This document shows positions 24,966 through 37,517 of a stretch of 64,000 nt of DNA, in pieces. Below the pieces are notes generated by a model. It saw only the letters and a list, made by a program, of their open reading frames with translations. It searched no databases and was not told the origin of the DNA. The position numbers and the translations under genes were made by a program. The DNA lies in NCBI RefSeq assembly GCF_006345805.1, contig NW_021831284.1, positions 620,001 through 684,000 on the forward strand, in the 5' to 3' direction. Every line of letters starts with the position of its first letter. Positions within the stretch are counted from its first letter, which is position 1. The stretch is from Octopus sinensis (lineage: Eukaryota).

Positions 24966-26666
24966 GAGGTTATTCAGCATTGATTATATCTCAAGTAGTT
25001 CTTTTGGATAAGAACATTTAATTGACTGGAAAAGGGGTTTAAGACAGCTAGAGAACAGACGTTATACATTCGAACAGAATTACCACAAATAATGAACTAT
25101 GGAGAAGCTCGACCACGAACTCAAGCCAATTCGAAAAAATAAAAACTATTAACAGGACGTATCGTGAGTCGCACGGCAAAGTATAATCTTAATTAACTGT
25201 TTGATTTCACGAGAATTGCATTAAAAATAATTAAAATAAAATCGCTTCAAAATTATAAATTTTAAATTGAATACCCAAAAATAGCTAAAATCATTCACTC
25301 TCGTTTTACCCCGTTTTACAAATTTATAATAAACCAAAAGAAATTATTAAAAAATCTAAAATTAGAGAATTCGGTCCAAAAGTTCAAAGTTAGTAGTCGC
25401 CCGAGCAGTGTACATAATGACGGAATTAGTAAAGCCGGGATTCTTCAAAGAATATGAATTTCCTAACATTTTTATGATCTTTTCAAACCAGGGACTATAC
25501 AGAATGTAGACATACTCTCAAGTAGTTCTTCTGGATTGTCATTTATGTGCAGTTCTACTCTTCCATGGACTACATAAAAATCCTAAAATTATAAATATCT
25601 CAAACCAGTGTAATTTTGTCTAAATGACTGACACTTTTAGTTTTTAAAGAGAAAAGTACGATTTTTCCAGTTGCCATAAATACATTTCTGGACAACATAC
25701 GGACAGGACGTGAATACAATTCATAATTACCACATCTATACTTCAAGTCTTCAGAACCCAAGCAAACCCCTGTAATATAAACCAACAACGAATATTACTT
25801 GTTTGGGCCTCTTTACTTTGTGAGTTAAAATGGTTTGAATTGCCACGATTTAATAAAGTTTTTTTCTAAGTATTATTTTGATATTGAAAATAACTTTGTT
25901 TATTACTCTTGATTTTTTATCCACAGTCATAACAAACTATATATTGCGCCAATAAATTATTTATTTATATTTATTTTAAAATTATATTTTTATAAATTCT
26001 TTTGATTGATTTGTTTTCCTTGATCAATTTTGTTCATTATTTTACTCAATTTTTAAAATACATGCCACCATTGCCCAACATACATAATAGAACAATAGCA
26101 GGACTAATATTTTTTTAAGAAACTCGGAATTTATAGTTATCTATTTTTTAGTGATAATATAGTTAAAAGCCTCTTAAATTGTTTGATTGATTTATTTTTC
26201 CCGATCAATTTTGTTTATTATTTTATTTTTGATTACTGCTTATAGATAGTGTGTGGATATAACCTTGAGAAAGTACTTAGATTTTGTTATTTGGTTATTT
26301 CTAATTGGTTTTTTTAACTTTGGTATTTTTATATTATTTGAGGAAGAGATTATAATTGGCTCTGGGGACATCCTACATCCAAAATAGTCTTCCAGATAAT
26401 GTATACGCTCGTTATTTTGAGCACGAAAGTCCATAAATATAATAAAAAATATCCATCCGAACAATCCTTTATCTTAATTATAAAATGGTTTGGTCTGTGT
26501 CTGTCTGTGCGAACCAACTTTAGATTGGCAAAGTACAGAGTTGTCAAAATCCTTCTCCCTTATAATTGGCCAATAATGGGAAACAAGCCCAAAATGATGA
26601 AGTCCTGTAAAAATATCCTCAAGAATATCCTCAATGATGAGGTCGTAAAAACTTTCCCGCCAAAAA

Positions 26667-26898
26667 TTTTGGTTAAAATGATCGGCAAGCATGTCCTCGA
26701 CTACATGATGAGGTCAATAAAACCTTTCCTCCACAAAATAATTTTCTGCATTTTGGTTAAAATGATCGGCAAGCATGTCCTCGACTACATGATGAGGTCA
26801 ATAAAACCTTTCCTCCACAAAAATAATTTTCTGCATTTTGGTTAAAATGAAAAACGTGATTGTCCTCGACACGCATTATCAGGTCCATTAAAACCTTC
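26667..26898. repeat. 84/85-bp tandem repeat (two near-identical copies plus degenerate flanking copies)
   Basis: Units at 26667-26750 and 26751-26835 differ by one inserted A. Degenerate copies lie on both sides. Confidence 0.95.
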
Positions 26899-27313
26899 AA
26901 GATTTTCTCTTTAAAATTAATAGATTATGAATCAAAAGCAAAGCTATTATCAGTTTTGGTGCAATTGACAGTTTTCACTACCATAAATAGACTGCAATTA
27001 ACAGATTTTAGAATAGAAGAATTTCCGTAGAAATATTAACTGTTTATCTGAATTTTTCGTAAAAATAGACTTTATTTTTGGTATGCCTCTTTTCCTAATC
27101 TTATTTATTATTTAAAAATAATTGTATCAGTAGATAACCAAAGGAGGAAAAGCAGAAGGCAAGAAAGCTCAGCTTAAGGTAATTAATTAAAACTGTTTAT
27201 GCTTAACTTTACATGATGTTGCCTCGTTCTTCTTGTGTCGCTTTTTTGGCTGCTGCTTCTCCTTGTATTGTTATCTTTTTAATGCTAATTGTTATTTATT
27301 AATGTGATAGCTA

Positions 27314-28766
27314 CAGTGGGCGCAAAAAAATCCGGTTTTCTAATTTCTCTATTTTTTATATTGTGCGATATAATATTTTTTTCATCTAAATTTTAGTGAA
27401 AAGTAAACTCTTATTTTTTTATTTTGATTATTTTCATTATTTTTTTCAAGAGATATTTCCAATTTAAATTTACAATGCGCAAAAAAAACCCGGTTTTTTA
27501 AAAAAATGTCAATTAATATTTATATGCCGTCTTTAGCCATAAAAAAAATCGTACACCCTTCTCGGCATGCTGTTTATGAGTTTCTGTATTAGATCTTTCG
27601 GCATAATTTCCCAAATTTCGATAATTTTATCTTTCAGCTCATGCATATTTTTTGGAGGATTTTCGTACAATTTACTTTTAATATATGCCAAAGATGTTCT
27701 ATTGGATTTAAATCTGGCGATTGCGGTGCCCAATCCAATAGTTTGACGCTTCTTTCGGCAAAGAAATCTTTCGTGATCTTTGATGTGTGTGGAGGAGCCA
27801 TGTCTTGTTGGAATATGAATTCATTCAAGCACATTTCGCAGCGGACTCCCACAGATTATTGATAATATGTTCACATAAGTTGCTGAGTTCATAGTTCCAT
27901 TTATAAATACTAGATTGCCTACTCCATAATACCCGAAACATCCCCCACCCATTATTTTTCCCCCTCCAAATTTAACAGTTGGAGATAAGTGCGATTTTTC
28001 TAGACGGTGTGTGTTTTCCTATAACAAAATTCCTTTTTTTTGTGATTAAAAATTTCGAAACAGCATTCATCACTAAAAATTGATTTCCATGACGTCATAT
28101 TCAGTGCGATAAATTTTTTTGACAAGGAATATCGTTTTTCGATATTCATTTTAGACAGATACGGTTTTTTTTTGACACACACGTGAATATATTTCCTTTT
28201 GTTTCAGATAATTCCCAATTGTTCGTTTTGAGACGATTTTTCCTGTCAAAGAATGAAGATCCTTTGACAGGCACGGGAAGATTTTTTCGGATTGTCAGAA
28301 ACAAGCGTCAATAAAGTATTTATATCATCATTATTTAATGTCCTAGGTCTTCCAGAAACGGACAGTCTCTGTGTTGTTCCATATTTTTTGTATTTACGTA
28401 TGTAATCTCCCACTGTTGATCTGGGAATTTCTACTTCTTCTGAATTTGTTATATGTCCAATTAAGGAAATAAAGTTGAATAATTTGTCCTTTCACAATTT
28501 CTGAAATACACGACATCCAACAACAACAAAAATGACAACAATTTCAAATTTTGAGAATAAAAGACTCAATAATTAAAAAAACCGAGTTTTTTTTGCGCAT
28601 TTTAAAATTAAATTCAAGATATCTCTATGAAAAATAAAAAAATACTTAAAATTAAAAACATACTCGATTTACATTTCAAAATGATACTAAATTAAAAAAA
28701 AATAATATAAAATTTATATTGAAAAATTCGAAAAATAAGAAAACCGGATTTTTTTTGCGCCCACTG
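27314..28766 (-). mobile_element. Tc1-family transposon (DD34E), IR/DR type, frameshifted
   Basis: TIR CAGTGGGCGCAAAAAAATCCGGTTTTC at both ends with TA TSD. Inner repeats at about 27476 and 28575. SGRPR, FSDECCF, FQQDMAPPH, WAPQSPDLNPIEHLW. Confidence 0.93.
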
Positions 28767-28777
28767 TATGTTTTTTA

Positions 28778-29103
28778 AGGTCAGTTATCAATAATTCGAT
28801 GGCTAAGATAATAGAAGCGACAATATTAACAGGTAAATATAAAGTTGATTATGTTTATATCGCAACGAATTTCAATTATTTATGATGAATGACCGTTTAG
28901 ATTTAAAGGCTGAAACTTCCGTAGGAAATCAGTTTTGCGATGACAATAAACTAGCCACAGCGACAGTCGTTAAAGATAGTTGGCTTAGTTTTAGAGAGCG
29001 AGTGCTTTTTCAATGTTCAAGGGTAGGTAGAAGAGAAAATTTATTCATATATGCCAAAGAAGGACGAACAACAAACATCGTTTATCAACAGCCATTAGAA
29101 TAG
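28778..29103 (+). mobile_element. Helitron RepHel helicase 3' fragment
   Basis: IIEATILTGKYK, SFAMTIN*PQRQSLKIVGL, CSRVG...LFIYAKEGRTTNIVYQQPL*. Confidence 0.8.
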
Positions 29104-29255
29104 AGCTACATCAAACTAAGTCGTTTAATATATTTACATAAACTTATAATTGTTTAATGAAACAGTCCCTCCGCAAATTATAAATAAATATTTTTTCAAA
29201 CTCGTTTTTCAAACAAATATTATTAGTGATTAAAGACAAATATTAAATAACATTT

Positions 29256-30032
29256 TTATGCCTTTTTATAATTCGGGACAAATCCATATTGAGGAGGAGG
29301 CCCATCACCCATTGTAACAGAATTATTAACCACCCCCGGATAAGGAGGACAAGAATCATAAACATACAACGAATCAGCAGGCGGAGCACTAGGAAAAACC
29401 CCATACGGCACAAAATTATAAATCGACTCTCCAATTGGTGGAGAATACTGATATTCATAGGCTGAATTGTACCCCCCATACATGCCAGGACTATAAACTG
29501 GAGGTCCTTCAGGATCAAGACCAGGGTACAAAGAATAATCAACATTTCTGGCCACTAATTATACAAAGATCAAAGAATACCGCTTTGTGAAGCAATTCTT
29601 AAAGCCCTTGCTAAATCTATGGCCCCTCCATGTTTGAAAGTCAATTTAAAGCTCATGGAAATTGGCGGGTTTTGTTGTCCAAGTCTTAACCACGTTTTTC
29701 CTTTGATATAATTGGCACCAAATATTGGCTGTTCGATAGAAACGTTTTTTAAGTGGAAAAATGGAATAGAAAGTGTTCTTAAATCGTTTTTTGGATTAGA
29801 ATGACGAAAAATTATCTTTAATTAATAAATTTTATTACTCTGTGTGAGGTGAGGTAAATTTCTCCGTCGAGGGGGTTGTTAAAATAGTGGAGATAACTTC
29901 CATGTGTGATGAACTTGCCTTGTACTCCACTGCTGTAGAGGAGTTGTCTAGTTATTGGCTGTTGGAGTAGTAATACCGCTCATCCCTGAATAAAATGACG
30001 CCCTGTTCATGAAAACAGTCATTAATTGACAT
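29256..30032 (-). CDS. WBP2: WW domain-binding protein 2
   Basis: Spliced GVILFRDE...GEIYLTSHR...IPFFHLKNVSIEQPIFGANYIKG...FKLTFKHGGAI followed by a Pro/Tyr-rich tail with PPVY/PPPQY/PPY motifs. Three micro-introns. Confidence 0.9.
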
Positions 30033-30459
30033 CACAACAAACAAATTTAATTTTGATATATTTATTTGCTAAATAAATGATTTTTATATTACAAAATAAA
30101 ATAAGTTTCTTTTTTCTTTAAATTTTAGTCAACAGTTATTTTCCTAAATAATTCTGAACAACCAAGAAAATCCAATAAAAATTCATTTTTCTGACGACTA
30201 AAAAATATTTTTAATTTCTATGACCAAAAATATACTTCGTAATCAAATCAAAGCCTCTTTCGGATGCGAAAACACGATAGTCCAGATCTATTATCCATAG
30301 CTAAATCTTCAGCCGAAGAACGTGTAAAGTAGACATGAATGATTTACCACATGTCGATTCTTTGATATGAACAACGCCTTAATTTGTGTCTTTAATTTAT
30401 AACAATATTTCCGAGCACATTAAGATACTGTCTGTAGGAACATAATCAAAGTTATAATC

Positions 30460-31300
30460 TCACACGTGTAACAAGCGAGGCAATCTTCTGAACCATTTTA
30501 GTCCAGCCACTTTTGTTATGGGCGGGAGGCAGTGGGGAATCCAGGTCGTCTTGTTTTGTAATTTTTTACCAAAGGAATTGAGATTCTCTCCCAAAACTCC
30601 CGGGAGAATAAATCTCGATCTTCCACGGTATTTTTCGCTATACTCCATGAAGTATTTGTGCATTGAGAGATTAGCGGGAATGACTGGGTTCAGTCTCAAA
30701 ATATGCCTGAATAGTTTCCAACGATCTGCCACAATTTCTGCAGACAGAGGTGTAGTGTTTATAGAGTGACTGATAATTGAAGTTCGTGTAGAAGGCGCAG
30801 CTGCTTGCTGTGGAAGGTGTCTATAATTTTTAGCTCAGTATTCGAGATTTCCCATTTCGAGGAATTGTAAAGTAGGACAGATTTCACAAAGGCGTTGTAA
30901 AGCCTTGACCTGAGTTGCTGATTGACAGGCCGGGTTTGGAGCCATGTTTTACGTATTCTGTGCTGCGGTACTCAGAAATTTTCTACGGGTAATGTTTTCA
31001 CTGTCTCAAAGCAGAGAGCCGAGTTTCTTCACATTCCTCCAAGTTTCACCAATTTGTGTGTTTATGCGTTTGATCTCAGTTAATTCGGTTTTAGAAGTGT
31101 TGATTATGAGGAACCACTTGTTAAGTGTCCTTGGAGAATTGTTTAGAAGATCGATTAGAGCATCTTTGTTGTCCAAAATAAAGTCAAAATCGTGGGAAAA
31201 TTTCAGTGATAGAGTCATCGTAGAAAGTTCTCAGATCTTTCAGGGCGACTTCCAGATAGATGACAAACAGTAGAAGCGAGAGATAATCTCCTTGGGGCGT
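30460..31300 (-). mobile_element. RTE-like LINE 3' fragment
   Basis: KTELTEIKR...WRNVKKLGSLL, DTFHSKQLR and RWKLFRHILRLNPVIPANLSM match ORF 47288..48637. Confidence 0.85.
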
Positions 31301-31682
31301 GAGTCCGAGCACATTATATATGAAATTACAAAAATATTCCCAAAAGTCCACACCCATCGTTCTCCTTTCACTATTTTTCTAATTTCGAAGTTGTTTTATT
31401 TATCGTCTACAATGGTAGAATTTTGGATATTTTTGAACCCTTTCATTTAAAATTTTAGCATAGTGAGACATATTTTTGAAACCATATTTGTAATCTACAA
31501 TTTTTTAAACCAATTTTCCTGTATATATCTTTGACACTTTCTATAATCTTAAGAAGGTCCATGTATATTTTTGCAAATGTAAAGACAATCCCATCACAAG
31601 TAAATATAATCTGTACAAAAATTTTACTTACATAAAATATACGCCTAGTAGAGAAAACATTAAAGATTTAATTTTCCAAGCA

Positions 31683-33647
31683 TCATTTAATTAAATCATG
31701 TTTTGCCGAGAAATCGGCAACCAAAGAAATATGGTCTGAAGGGAAACAAACACTTGGTAGGGCAACATTTTCCTTGACAACTTCGTCATCCGGAAGAGAT
31801 AGATATGAATCCACTTTGAGCTTATTTTTATCATAGAAAATGTAGTCGATACATCCCGAGAATTTAGAAACAAAATGAGTATAATCGGGTGTTCCAACAG
31901 CAGAAGCCAAACTCAAATAATGACTGAGATCCATTCCCGCCATTCTGTCAACGTGTGTAGTCTTGTGTCCCCCAGTTCCACTAACTTCCCAAGAAGAATC
32001 ATTATATCTGATAAACTCTCCAACTGCAAAACGATAGGCACCCGAATCCGGAAGACTGTTGAAATCACCACACAAAATCGGAATCGAATCAAACCCCTAA
32101 TTTGCAAAAAACTTAAAAACAAAAACCCGAGAGTTTAGTTCATTCAGAACTGCGGTCATTTCGTTAATACAAATTGTTGTCTGAAGTAATCTAATTCCAT
32201 CTGCGAAAGGATGGCTGTAAAGATGTGTATTTCCGATGCACAAAGCTCGAGGCTGTTTTCCATAAATTGAGTTATTAAAGCCCAGAACAGTGCATTGCAT
32301 CACATTTTTTCTTGAGAAAAACAATTTGAATATTTCAGGGGAAGAAGATTCTAACATTCGTCGCATTTGTTCATAATGATAAGAATGTTGGCCAACTTGG
32401 GAAAAATGAACACAAAATTCAGTAATTACACTAAAAAATCAAAATATAATACACTCACTGGAATTTATCTTGTCTAAAAATTGTAGTTAAATTAAACTGC
32501 GAAGATCTCCGATATTTCCTCTCCGGATAAACCGACTCCAATGAACCGAGACCTATCTCCATATCATCCTCTTGCAGACATATTATATCAGCATTGTGAC
32601 CTACCAAAATACACAACAAAAATAAAAACCAATAATTTCTTCGTTTAAAACAACTCTTCTATATTTCGGGTCCAAATATTCTGGTTTGCAGTACACGTAC
32701 AAATCATTTTTTGCATAGGAATCGACCGTGCATGAGGCAGCCAGTACATTGTAACTTACAAACCGAAAAGATCTTTAAATATTTGTATTGATTAAATGTT
32801 AAATAATTATAAAAATAATCAATAAATAAATATTGATTTTTAAATTAAATATAAATAAAAAATAACTCACAATTCACTACTATTGGTCTTGTTGGGCATC
32901 TTTGTGCACGTTTTGAGAGTCCTAATGGGCAATTGAGGCGACTCTTCCAAAATCCCTCCTCCCACATGTTCAAATCCATGAATATTTTCACTACAAGGAA
33001 TAATAACCGCCCTCAATTCATGTCCGACATATTCTTTCCCCAGTAATATACTTTTCGAACCATTTCCGACCAGTTTAAAAGCCTTTTCCGTAATATTGGA
33101 CGTGGACATGGAATATAAAATATCCTTCTTTCTGGGGTGTCTGCTGACATACCACTGGATTGAATATTCAGAGCAATTCAAGAGAGAAATCAACGGATAA
33201 ATACTAAACCCACAAAAAAGTGAATTCGGAAGTTGAAAATTTTGAATTTCTGGTAAATTTTCGATAATTTTGTAGCATTCTTTATTAATCGACAAGGAAC
33301 GGCCATCTCTGAAAGCCTGAGAATAAAATTTAATATTAAAATACCAAAAATGTGGATATTTCTGAGCCTAAAATGTTTCCGCATTTTTCTTTGATGAGGA
33401 CTTTAATTTCGGAGGGCGAATTCTGGTCGAAATTGTTGAAACTTTGGAGGCGGGAGGACATTGAGGAAAGAGTGTGATTCAAAGGAGCTGAGGTTAGTGG
33501 ATTAAATGTGAATATTCTGCAATGGCCGGTGGAAATTCGGGAATATTTGAATTTTATGAGAAGTTTGTTGGAATTTGATTGTTTCATGACAGAACATATT
33601 CTTTCTGTTATTGTCAGTGAGTGCCTCAGGGAGTCAACTATGGACAT
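31683..33647 (-). CDS. PDE12: 2',5'-phosphodiesterase 12 (CCR4/angel-family EEP deadenylase)
   Basis: YNVLA, ADIICLQE, NTHLYSHP, CGDFNSLP, FSGCIDYIFY, FPSDHISL. N-terminal QLPNSLFCGFSIYP...WY is typical of PDE12. Start uncertain. Confidence 0.85.
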
Positions 33648-33989
33648 CTTCGCCTTTGAGGCAACAATTAGATTGAGTACAACAGCGGATAACTGGAGAC
33701 TTATTTTAATATTATTTGATTTTTGAATTAAAATGATTTTTATAGTGTATAATTTAAATATTAAATAAGAGAAAATTATTTTTCTGACTTGATTTTTATA
33801 TAGTAAATTTTCGATTGAAAATATTGCAATAAACAGTTACAGTAATTAGTAGGCCAATCATAGAATTAATTTGAAAAAACAAAAATTGAAGTGTTAAAAT
33901 TCAACTAAGTTCATTTAAAAATACAAAATTTAACTAAAATATAGACCTAAAACAGACAAAAATTTTTAGAAAAATAAATTATAAAGAAT

Positions 33990-34184
33990 CTTAAAAAATG
34001 TCCACATTGCAAAATCTCCAAAGACAGTCGACTAGTTGGCAACTCAAGGCAAAAAAATGCTTAATTTTGATTACACAAGGCACACAACGAAACTGTTAAA
34101 GTCGTAAAAATGCACATATGCAGAAATTTTAGATTCAAAAAATCAATTACCAACGATCATGCTGAAATACGAGTATATAGTACT
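33990..34184 (+). mobile_element. R2/NeSL-type retroelement fragment (CCHC), resumes at about 35470-35530
   Basis: KCPHCK...LATQGKKMLNFDYTR...HNE before the insertion, and IQYNKPEIFLYDKK after it. Confidence 0.6.
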
Positions 34185-35468
34185 ATTCGCGACCCACGCT
34201 GGCGACCATAAGTTTGAAGGTGATTTAAGAAATGGTTTAAACCGGAAAAAAATTCATTTTAAGAAATGGTTTTTTTTAGCGTCATTTTAGAAAAAAAATA
34301 TGTTTCTCTCAAAAGATGTTAGCATGAAAAAAACGACTCAATTTATCATTATTAATGATCGGTATATTTGCGACTCCTAACTCAAGTCTTTATCTAAAGG
34401 ACGAGAATAACCAAAAACACAAATTGGTCATTTGTCTGGACAATGAAATCGAGATGAGGACACTAGCATTCGCCATTCACCAAGAATCCCACTGAAAAGC
34501 TTAAAGAAAAAGTAAGTGAATTCTATTTCACTGAAACGTCTAATCATCGAACAAAATTATAAAAGACTGCGAAATTTGTAAAATTGCCCTACCATTGAAA
34601 GTACTTGAAAAAAATATACCTAGGTGTCGGATTCTAATTACCATGTAATGCAGGAAAACCCAATGAAGATTATTATAGGCGGATCTTATTGATGTTAGAG
34701 AAGATATAAAGAGTTTAACGATGGATCTAATTGGATACTGACAATTATTGACATCTACAGCAAATTTGTTGTCTCCAATGTTTAAAATTAAAACTGCTTC
34801 TGGTAATAAGACTTGAAATTTAATTGAAGAAGTGGTGAATAAAATTCCAAAAATTGTTTATCAAATTGGATATTGTCAGATCTTGCAAACGGACAACGGG
34901 TTGGAATTCAAAAGCCAAACTTATGGCTCAACTATGCGAAGAATAAATTGAAATAAATTAGGTGTAATTGAGCGCTTTAACTAAAAGTAACTTTTTTCTG
35001 ATAATACGACAAACCACTCGGCGATTAATGAGACCCCTTCAAAAGTTTAGGGGTATTTGGAATTGACACGTGATTCATGAAATACCAGGTTTAATCTTAT
35101 TTATTTTAGATGAAAATAACGAGGCATCGTTTGTCTAGATGAACTTAATGGAAATTTACGATGTATTTATTTTAGAAACGAATAATAAAAGATTGTGGGA
35201 CGAATTTGTCATTGAAGCTACACAGATTTGAATCCCCATATGAAGAAAAGGGAAAAGTAAAAAATATAATGTCTAAATACAGATTAATGGTTAGTTGTCT
35301 TTCCTAACAAACATTTAGTTCGAATTACGAAATAGTTACTATGAATAAGATAAAAAATGTTAAGTTTTTTGATTTTTAGCAATTATCTTTAGTCAGTAAT
35401 AGTGTCAAACTACGTAGGTCGCCCTGTCAATCTTGTCAACAATGAAGGTCGCTCTGGTCGCCAGCGTG
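34185..35468 (+). mobile_element. Second Ginger-like integrase DNA transposon (decayed)
   Basis: Inverted repeat CACGCTGGCGACCA and TGGTCGCCAGCGTG. Motifs ADLIDV, TIIDIYSKF and CQILQTDNGLEFK. Confidence 0.72.
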
Positions 35469-36233
35469 ATTCCTATCAAATCAAAAATTCAATATAACAA
35501 GCCGGAGATTTTCCTATACGACAAAAAATAAACCAGATATGGCTAATAGAGATTGGAGTGACTTATTTAGATAATTTAAAAGCAGTTAGTTGAAGTTGAA
35601 AAACTTCATAAATGTGATATTCCGGCAAGTGAATTATAAATAATTTACAATAAAATAAAAGAACATATGTGACATGGGCAGTTGGATACGTACGAGCGAC
35701 CAGTTACATTTTACCTTGAAAAATTTTAATTTAACCTTGAACAAGTCATCCTAATTTAATCATTAAAGATTAATGTATTTTAACAAAAAGATTAAAATTA
35801 ATCATTTTTTCAGTCTTTCCATCGGTACTGTCCATATCTCTCCTTTAGCATATTTTATCTATTATCTAAAAATGATTGATTTACCTCGAGTCGATTATTT
35901 TATAAAATGTTAATTATTAAGCGGCCGGATAGAATGGAGACTCAAATTTATCCAACCGCAACGAAGGGTTTGTTCCATAATCTTTTTGAACTCGAACCTA
36001 TCTATAATTTTTTATCTAAACTTTATCCAAAATCCATTTGTAATTATTATTTAAGACTGAAAACTTTTTAGATCTACAAAATCTAGCTGAAACCTTTCAT
36101 TCGGAGAAGTATTTTAATTAAAATGACAGTCAACTTAATTCCAACAAAATTTTTAACGTCCATATAAGAATAAATATCATGTTTGGTCAACAAAATAATT
36201 GTTTATAACAAATCAAAGTAAGGAAACAAACAA

Positions 36234-36949
36234 CTAAAGAATAAGTTTGCAGAGTCTGGCACTGGATTTTCTCTGAAGAGCATCCTCATTGGGCTACCCA
36301 TAAGCACGTAATCATACCTCATAGGATATCTTAATCTCTGGTGGAATGCCGAGCATTTCCTTGAGCTGCATACTGAATATATATAAAATAAAACAACCCG
36401 ATATTTTTGACGATTTCTACCGACTTTTGGCAGCTTGTCCACAAAGTCAATTTGTTGGCTTGACGTCGGACATTCATGGTGATTCCGTTAATGCTGTCCG
36501 TCAGTTCGTCAAACGAGTCCCGAATAAGTTCCATGGTCTTAAATCACACCGTGAAATCACCAGCAATTCCCAGAGCTTGTCGCTCTTTGTGTTGTCGGTG
36601 TCCTTACTGACGATGATACTCCAGAAGCCCCCCTTTGAGTTGGCGCTGTGTTCCCACAATGGAGGGATCCCTGTCTAATCTTATCACAGTACTAAGATTG
36701 CCTTGAAAAGACAAATATCACTTCCCAATGTCATTTCCGACACCCGTTTTAGATTGTTAAATGCCCTAACAGGTCATCAGGTTAGCCAACATCCAATATT
36801 CCTCGACCGACTCAAAAGTGCAGAGAATTTTCATTCGGTCTTTGTAGTCCATGCGGCGATCTGCGTCTATTAACCAGAATGTCCAGCTCGTGTTAAGTTT
36901 GTGATAATCTTCAGAATCAGACTACCATTAAGGGACCACAGCACACCAT
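36234..36949 (-). CDS. EIF4E: Cap-binding translation initiation factor 4E
   Basis: Spliced MSDSEDYHKLNTSWTFW...FESVEEYW...DICLFK^TGIPPLWEHSANSKGGFW...LWELL...SINGITMNVR...KLTLWT. Six micro-introns, one of them GC-AG. Confidence 0.93.
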
Positions 36950-37517
36950 TCAAAAACACGATGACAATTAATTTAGGTCAAATTTAACATGGCCTTTAAT
37001 TTTTTATTTCTACACAATGTTAAGAATAATGATTAAAATATTGATTATACAACCAACGGATTAATTGAAGGTTAAACCTGTTGTTCATTAATCATGTGAT
37101 TATAACTGAGATTTTGGACTGAACAAAAGACATACTTTACATACTTGTCTTTCATTTTTTATTTCATTTTTTCTATGTAAACAAAATATAGTCTATCGTT
37201 TCTAGCTGATTAAATTTCGGAAAAGGAATAAATCGGAAAGGTTAAATTCAAAATACGAATCTGAATCCATATAAAAATCTAAACTCTGTTAGAGAAAATG
37301 AATCGAAAGACTTTTTTGACAATTTTGTTGTAAACTGATAATTTTAAGTCCATTAAACTGAATCGAGACATCACCATAATGAAATTAAAAAATTATGGCT
37401 ATAATTGGTTCATAAAATAAGTCAGAATAAAACCAAGTGTTAATCATAGTTTTAAGCTAAAATGTGAAAGAACTGCTAAAAAAAGAAATAACGAATTATT
37501 ATTGACACGAATAAGTT

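Noticed and set aside
26667-26898. CRISPR-like array or tRNA/rRNA/snRNA genes (here and window-wide)
   Set aside because: The repeats have no unique spacers and the context is eukaryotic. No cloverleaf or conserved RNA-gene signature was recognised anywhere.
27134-27178. Exon-like ITKGGKAEGKKAQLK resembling a histone H2A tail
   Set aside because: No histone fold follows, and flanking exons could not be linked.
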